The position numbers and the translations under genes are program-made. A stretch of DNA of 38,337 bases from the NCBI GenBank assembly GCA_964014905.1, contig CAXHCG010000001.1, forward strand, positions 1-38,337. Reading direction: 5' to 3'. Under the pieces are notes generated by a model. That model saw only the letters and a list, made by a program, of their open reading frames with translations. It did no database searches and was not told the origin of the DNA. The stretch's first letter is position 1. Each line of letters opens with the position of its first letter. The stretch comes from an uncultured Candidatus Poseidoniales archaeon (GTDB lineage: Archaea; Thermoplasmatota; Poseidoniia; Poseidoniales; Poseidoniaceae). Positions 35,101 through 38,337 of the stretch are shown in pieces.

Positions 35101-37262
35101 TCGTTGTCATCGTCCCAGTCAATGCTGTTCTCTAGGCCGTCTCCGTCCACGTCGGAGTCTACATCGTTCGGGCCGTCGTCTCGGTAGAGTCCACCGTTGA
35201 TTTGGTGAAGATCGTTGTCGTTGTCCAAATCGCAGTCCCAATCGATATCAAGAGCGTCGATGATTCCGTCGTTGTCGTCGTCAACGTCGTCCCAATTGCT
35301 GATTCCGTCGCCATCCCAATCGTTGAACTGGGAGAAGGAGGCTCGGCGAGTCTGGCACCGTGGGTCAGGGCTAACCGGGTTGGGGTTGGCCTGCGTTGGG
35401 CAGTTCCAAGAAGAAACGTCGGCTGCTGTGTCAAGCGGGAACGAGTCGTTTTCATTCTCGATGTTGTCGTTGTCAAGATCGTAAGGTCGGTCAGCGCCGC
35501 CCACGGCAAAGTTGCCGAGGTTGTCGGGGGATGCCGTGCCGCCCATGTCCGTGTCAAGCCAGTCGTAGATGCCGTTGTAGTTCTGGTCAAACGGTCGAAG
35601 TCGGTCGTCGTCCAGATCGCCGTCGTAATCAAGTTCACAGTCGATTTCTCCGTCACCGTCTCCATCGCCACCTGGGGAGGCGAAGTCGGCCGTCGAGACG
35701 CTTGTGATGGTCAAATTGCCCTTTGAATCTCCACCGTTCACGGTGACGACTTCACCGACATTGTACCCGGAGCCTGCCCGGTTGATGACGGCGTTTGTGA
35801 TGGCCCCTGCAGTCACCGTGATGTCAACGGTCAATCCGCTTCCTGCGCCACCTGGGTTGGCCGTCGCCACATCGGTGCCGCTGTTGTAGTTCGCACCGCT
35901 GGTCGTGATGGTGAAACCGCTTACGGCTCCGTTCTGTAGGCCGGTGTAATCGCTGGTTTGGTCACCGTTGGTGTCAATTTCAATGCACGTGTCTGGGATG
36001 CCGTCGTTGTCATCATCGGGGTCGACCATGTCAAGGATACCGTCGTTGTCATCATCGGTGTCGGCCGAATCCGGCGTCCCGTCGTTGTCGTTGTCAGGGT
36101 CAAGGAAGTTCGGGGAACCGTCGCCGTCGAGGTCACCGTCAACGATGAGGGTGAAGGCAGGAGTGCCATGGGACTCTCCGAGATCGATGAACTGGTCGAG
36201 GCCGCCGAAGAAGCCTGAACCGCTGGCGCCTTGAGCGTTGACTCGGTTTCGCTCCCAATCAACGTAGTCCACGCCGCCGGAGTACGTTCGGTACTCATTG
36301 AACGTCCACGGTTCGGCGTCGTCAAAGAGCGGGGCAGTTGCGGACATGAGGGTCGTGATGGAGCTGTCGTAGGGGTGAGCGTCGTCCACATCGGGAACGC
36401 CGTCGCCGTCGTCATCGGTGTCAAAGTAGTCCGGGGTTCCGTCCCAATCGAGGTCGCATGGCCATGTAAATTGGTCAATGCGTCCGTCGTTGTCGTCGTC
36501 TTCGTCATAGCGGCCGGGCCCGGCACCATCGCTGTCTTCGTCGGTAACGCCGTCGTTGTCGTGGTCCATTGGGTTCTGGTCTGCGAGGTAAAATTCGCCA
36601 ATTGCACCGATGTTGGGGTCGGGGTGATCGATGGTCGAGTCAAGGAAACGGTCGGTGGAGACATTGCGGGGGTCCAAGCCAAGGGCTTCGAGAGCGTCAT
36701 AATCAATCGGTCCTTCGAGGATACCGTCGTTGTCATCGTCCCAGTCATCGACGTCAAGAATGCCGTCGTTGTCGTGATCGTACGGATCGGTGCCATAACA
36801 CCCGTCGAATCGCTCGAGCAGGTCGTAAATGCCGTCGTTGTCGTCGTCAAGATCGTCGAGATCGTTGATGCCGTCGTTGTCGTGATCGCCTGCTCGTGTT
36901 TCTTCAAGGAAAGTGGAGTAGGAGGGAATCGCTGCCTCCAAAACTGAAAGGTCAACGATGATTCCGGCTGAAACGCCGGGGTCGGCCCACATGAGGTTTG
37001 AGAGGGCTTCGTGAGCGAAATCGAGGTTGCCATCGTGGGCCCCGTCCCAACCGCCTTGGCCGCCTTGATCGGTGGATTGCACCGGAGACATGCCGAGGCT
37101 GCCGCCTTGGACAAGCTGCGTGTCGTTGGTGGCTTCTGGACCGTCATGGACGGTTTGAACAATCGCAAGAAGGCTGCTGGCCAGCATCAAAAAGACAATG
37201 ATGACGGCCATGGAGAATTGTTGTCGCTCTTCAATTCGTTGAGTGTGTTGTTTTGACAGCAT
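29160..37262 (-). CDS. giant surface protein C (about 2,700 aa). Architecture: N-terminal hydrophobic anchor/signal, about 1,150 aa of thrombospondin-type-3-like Ca-binding repeats, about 1,300 aa of beta-rich N-x-S/T-rich modules, a C-terminal TM helix, and a DUF4129-like cytoplasmic domain.
   Basis: Uninterrupted 8.1 kb ORF.
- The ATG at 37262 lies 7 nt downstream of GAGGTG; the ORF-track 37289 is GTG.
- N-terminal hydrophobic segment: MAVIIVFLMLASSLLAIVQTV.
- Dozens of D-x-D-x-D-G-x-x-D units, such as DHDNDGINDLDDLDDDNDGIYD, DWDDDNDGILE, DPDNDNDGTPDSADTDDDNDGILDMVDPDDDNDGIPD and DWDHDNDGILDADD.
- C-terminal TM helix: LIGFAIVLMALLIAGAIYY (about 29646..29711).
- Tail motif: ETAREFEAAVRLAF...FLSIFEEARYSEHTI. 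Confidence 0.88.
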   Translation of the reverse strand: MLSKQHTQRIEERQQFSMAVIIVFLMLASSLLAIVQTVHDGPEATNDTQLVQGGSLGMSPVQSTDQGGQGGWDGAHDGNLDFAHEALSNLMWADPGVSAGIIVDLSVLEAAIPSYSTFLEETRAGDHDNDGINDLDDLDDDNDGIYDLLERFDGCYGTDPYDHDNDGILDVDDWDDDNDGILEGPIDYDALEALGLDPRNVSTDRFLDSTIDHPDPNIGAIGEFYLADQNPMDHDNDGVTDEDSDGAGPGRYDEDDDNDGRIDQFTWPCDLDWDGTPDYFDTDDDGDGVPDVDDAHPYDSSITTLMSATAPLFDDAEPWTFNEYRTYSGGVDYVDWERNRVNAQGASGSGFFGGLDQFIDLGESHGTPAFTLIVDGDLDGDGSPNFLDPDNDNDGTPDSADTDDDNDGILDMVDPDDDNDGIPDTCIEIDTNGDQTSDYTGLQNGAVSGFTITTSGANYNSGTDVATANPGGAGSGLTVDITVTAGAITNAVINRAGSGYNVGEVVTVNGGDSKGNLTITSVSTADFASPGGDGDGDGEIDCELDYDGDLDDDRLRPFDQNYNGIYDWLDTDMGGTASPDNLGNFAVGGADRPYDLDNDNIENENDSFPLDTAADVSSWNCPTQANPNPVSPDPRCQTRRASFSQFNDWDGDGISNWDDVDDDNDGIIDALDIDWDCDLDNDNDLHQINGGLYRDDGPNDVDSDVDGDGLENSIDWDDDNDGIADLYDPDDGNCGLVDFDATDLFATPYYPVNDGGNLDGSADSQLYGTNATDHWNLVFQHYPFADVVLNYNGYDATTNPPTPGTVPEFYWFLFARWSPYNGGNEWDIDSDGDSLINGLDIDQDADGMPDWWDQDEGNDGVLDVDDIKMGGSFDLSTCGWTAGNLGQGFVCGYAYALAYKMPLNGVNAQFGAPYSTRPDASFDQGPTPGGPSGNWSCTPVEGIGCWHYDFGGDGTVDSGITFNQMNDNRDAYNAWIGLTTGIWQWNSDNGPEADFPDELGADLLNNDVDGDVDGDFTNSTVDLDDDYDSIFDWFDVDDDNDGVWDFFEVDSNFDLDDDTGQNNGNFFTGSNCDDNDDDGNDADADDDGFYQAVWDQGIMSQGLRTPSLYDVDNDNDAIPDGEDPDDDNDGRLDVDQEQIQGCFWGEEQSTWDYDNDGIVNWADDDWDGDGISNLVELQVSITAPFDHDNDGARDDLDEDDDEDGMHDEDEVLLWPTRFDRNSTNPWDHDDFGDGEGIANPSDTSTGPDAIDNDDDNDTRADPDFDQIENSELSSDWDHDNDGILDADDKAPTYITLNLPDNLWLDAQSPTIFAGHVDWLNPITGVVESAPQLPVQVHIEWTANNTTAIETIDVLTNAGGNFSVGQFLFPEDLTVGDNSTYRVYAEVTEMFMFNGNQSQSYFVGAEANMTVDYSAWTYFRSDEQPFWLDFKAHYSADWDRGLFDNRIKNSPITFSIFGGLFGNLTAPTNFTGLGNNGYRTDASGWASLTFVQDLGISGTWKQVQWNSTADNGNGQIPGGYEEIAWNDLTKQHDVVLDSNGDVLRYNYTNTSLPAGDIEIIARVSPELATEWPFPYLNGDEAEPFSVRIMHRMNIEGTLILDGLSPIFYYDSTVNNGDGTFGDWSTLFHQPALDNAGVNYNDVSAFKPYPKSWDGTPTGLTGQAAALRPFLSGNGTHWFIALVNGGDSNLPPCGPVDRTDPNSAVRCEIVPEMNTGESLQVVGKVTNRTNDPWDQDPIALQVDVDKNGQFLGAGETAYTQRPIMKDGDAAYDYNWSWFSQYGSGTYGLRVDFTNSAYYFTGNSSTLAPTGAYINVTVVGTTDFQTTSLPRLYRNTNTTIQAKLVDNSLQPVRNAPVNYTWSFDGRTGVNFTDSNGFFEIPFNVSATDALGNFTLQFEYSGTSLLKGTTVSQSVWVVSRTYMQVISTEENLRRSGDKWDFTAQVSDDNKTSIRDSGGTALSGPETPYGGLVDVIFEGTDFQGTLHRQVVATLAPNAGVISLPEVEPDGSHLCYYDGNGDNVPDRDLDGDGLEVEETVGCLKSNISPLNPSLLRADPESFLPDGFGPVNVILRFQETLPNEGCQPLDVSYLGIQGAWDPCTSVPGNDHFRLTMTNNANGFNLIGRTVMTVDDQIVYTSEIDPLTGEVVPKPMIVTGQLSDELGVNLTDRSIRVNYEMVNGQTGPVACQSGTTNIDGFFSIICPLSDVMAGKARVSVSYSAYDNNDAYRYENKTVQTEFDVFSNSTLQITEVGPFKSSVDQYVAQNGSRYPVLYLKESFHIDALLAQSNGQAVGGKCLNIYLDPEENIRPLATVRTSDIDGTVEWFSGDPTQNPTLRGVETTGGKLEGFRTLRVAFEPDRNIPGGCDKDSSNALNGSAMDIEILVRSRVDLQVKQTWSNSGANGADEGDLITGQIALLRDRLDLAVENEEVIFAYEFFNDETGEWEVSDLNNKTRTNEQGVAGFEWSFVGQSCDGNPCSGLWRVTAFYSGSTYFAPSQDNITHEITYKKAEALGGSNGLLSPGNLIGFAIVLMALLIAGAIYYQRVQQQRQVQALRGILTDAMMQLEASNEYIAAIFDCYKSLVKHFRKYGFMKKVYETAREFEAAVRLAFNMVPTDQLDDFLSIFEEARYSEHTIDATHRDRAMQTLGAITNSLTMSLGEESVVKRIDASSIYDNLTKAGEFVAADGSVRQAGIDEGESSDFKI
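33390..36890 (-). repeat. array of thrombospondin-type-3-like (D-x-D-x-D-G-x-x-D) calcium-binding repeats inside gene C. At the DNA level it appears as reiterated GAC/GAT/AAC/GGC-rich units.
   Basis: Motifs of the form (D/N)xDxDGxxDxxD recur throughout this part of the gene C translation. On the plus strand this shows as reiterated gtcgttgtcgtcgtc / gccgtcgttgtc strings. The array is interrupted by a non-repeat insert at about 35690..35940. Confidence 0.8.
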
Positions 37263-37390
37263 ACGGGCACCTCGTAATCGCTCATCCACCGAAATACCCT
37301 ATTTCAAGGGCGTGGCGCGAATGTGCGGTTCCGTATCACCAAAGCATCTGCGTATCAATTGCAAATGAACCGTGCAGAACGTGTTCGACA

Positions 37391-37423
37391 AGAAAAGAGA
37401 GGTGCCCCGGGGCCTTGGCCCCG
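37391..37423 (-). terminator. candidate intrinsic-type terminator downstream of gene D: a GC hairpin followed by a U-rich tract
   Basis: The minus-strand RNA reads CGGGGCC-AA-GGCCCCG (7-bp GC stem, 37408-37414 paired with 37417-37423), followed by GGGCACCUCUCUUUUCUUGU. It lies 58-90 nt after the gene D stop codon at 37481-37483. Confidence 0.35.
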
Positions 37424-37480
37424 AAGCTCCTGTTGTACCCGTCAGAGACGGTTCTTTGACAGACAGTCATCGTTTCAACT

Positions 37481-38337
37481 TCAGAACTCGTAGATATCGA
37501 GGATGCCGTCGTTATCGTCGTCGTCATCTTCGTAATCGTCAAGACCGTCGTTATCAGCGTCGAATTGACCCGTGAGGTCGTTACCGTCGTTGATTTCAAA
37601 CCAGTCCATGAGGCCATCGTTGTCATCATCGTTGTCGGTAAGATCCCAAATGCCATCGTTGTCGTGGTCGTAGCGGTAGCTTCCAGCAACGCCGTCGATT
37701 TCGTCAACATCGAGGATGTTGTCGTTGTCGTCGTCGGTGTCTTCTGCGTCGTCCATACCATCGTTGTCGTGATCACGGGACAAATCCTCGCCCATGTCAC
37801 CAATGTCATTTCGGTTGTCAATGCCGTCGTTGTCGATGTCCAGATCAACAGCATCGGAGATGCCGTCGTTGTCGTGGTCGTAGATGTTGGTGTTTGGATC
37901 GCCATCGTTTACTTCCTCGCGGTCGTCGATGCCGTCGCCATCAGCGTCATCATCCTCGAAATCGTCGGTTCCGTCGTTGTCATGATCCAGTGGTGAATCA
38001 TCAACAACGTCTGGAATTCCGTCGTTGTCGTCGTCGTTGTCAACGTCGTTCGGGATGCCATCGCCATCGTTGTCGTTCTCGTCTTGGTTGTCGAGCTGCT
38101 GGCCTTGCTGCTGTTCGGACTGCTGGCCTTGTTGACCTTGCTGTCCGTTCTGCGTCTGACCTTGTTGCTGCTCGTTCTGACCGTTCTGATTCTGACCGTT
38201 CTGGTCCTGGCTGGTCTGGTCACCTTGCTGGCCGCCTTGCTGGCCGCCTTGCTGTTGTTGACCTTGGCCGTTGTCTTGCTGTTGACCTTGCTGGCCTTGC
38301 TGACCTTGCTGGCCTTGCTGACCTTGCTGGCCTTGCT
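37481..38337 (-). CDS. surface protein D, C-terminal 285 aa (the gene continues beyond the right edge). It combines a Gln/Gly/Asn-rich low-complexity tract with TSP3-like Ca-binding repeats.
   Basis: The ORF track shows only the last 104 aa (37481..37795). Hand translation shows the same frame stays open to 38337: ...QQGQQGQQGQQGQQGQQQDNGQGQQQQGGQQGGQQGDQTSQDQNGQNQNGQNEQQQGQ...DENDNDGDGIPNDVDNDDDNDGIPDVVDDSPLDHDNDGTDDFEDDDADGDGIDDREEVNDGDPNTNIYDHDNDGISDAVDLDIDNDGIDNRNDIGDMGEDLSRDHDNDG...DDDNDGILDIYEF*. There is no C-terminal TM helix. Confidence 0.8.
   Translation of the reverse strand, partial: QGQQGQQGQQGQQGQQGQQQDNGQGQQQQGGQQGGQQGDQTSQDQNGQNQNGQNEQQQGQTQNGQQGQQGQQSEQQQGQQLDNQDENDNDGDGIPNDVDNDDDNDGIPDVVDDSPLDHDNDGTDDFEDDDADGDGIDDREEVNDGDPNTNIYDHDNDGISDAVDLDIDNDGIDNRNDIGDMGEDLSRDHDNDGMDDAEDTDDDNDNILDVDEIDGVAGSYRYDHDNDGIWDLTDNDDDNDGLMDWFEINDGNDLTGQFDADNDGLDDYEDDDDDNDGILDIYEF
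38284..38337 (-). repeat. three perfect tandem copies of an 18-nt unit (gaccttgctggccttgct), encoding (QQG)n and truncated by the window edge
   Basis: Read directly from the sequence: 38284-38301, 38302-38319 and 38320-38337 are identical. Degenerate versions of the 9-nt half unit extend back to about 38090. Confidence 0.9.

Noticed and set aside
35921-37168. Minus-strand alternative-frame ORFs rich in Thr/Met/Ser: 415 aa here, plus 33305..33772, 33785..34336, 35159..35671, 37336..37905 and 37909..38223.
   Set aside because: These are +1/+2 frames of the same repeats (ACG/ACA/ACC runs). The frame carrying DxDxDG motifs is continuous and biologically interpretable, and these frames are not. 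For gene D, the track's 37909..38223 frame is wrong. The true frame is the one of 37481..37795, extended to the window edge.
38090-38337. Possible CRISPR array or satellite, suggested by the short perfect direct repeats.
   Set aside because: The units are contiguous 9/18-nt in-frame repeats with no spacers. They lie inside an open reading frame encoding (QQG)n, and no cas genes are present.

Overview
This is a tightly packed chromosomal segment that looks archaeal. It carries MCM helicase, Trm1, two PAC2/Pba-type proteasome-assembly-chaperone homologues, and the archaeal L18e-L13-S9-RpoN cluster followed by tRNA-Pro. It also carries several bacterial-type genes: NAD-dependent LigA, a DnaQ/ExoX-like exonuclease and a Cas4/RecB-like nuclease. 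An uncultured marine planktonic euryarchaeon of the Marine Group II type is my guess only. All product calls come from motifs I recognise in the translations; no database search was run.

The dominant feature is four very large minus-strand genes for surface proteins, which together occupy about 18.0 kb of the 38.3 kb window (about 47%).
- A (5236..9594) is an integrin-alpha-like FG-GAP protein with a transmembrane (TM) helix and a Trp/acidic cytoplasmic tail.
- B (22183..26871) is a parallel beta-helix protein.
- C (29160..37262) encodes about 2,700 aa, with about 3.5 kb of thrombospondin-type-3-like calcium-binding repeats and a DUF4129-like cytoplasmic end.
- D (37481..>38337) is partial and combines the same repeats with a Gln/Gly-rich tract.

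The ribosomal/RNAP cluster is sandwiched between B and C. I found no CRISPR array, transposase, integrase or rRNA.

Two real genes at the window edges are missing from the supplied ORF track and were recovered by hand translation: mcm at 1..1072, and the true frame of gene D. Many ORF-track starts are alternative-codon extensions, which I trimmed.
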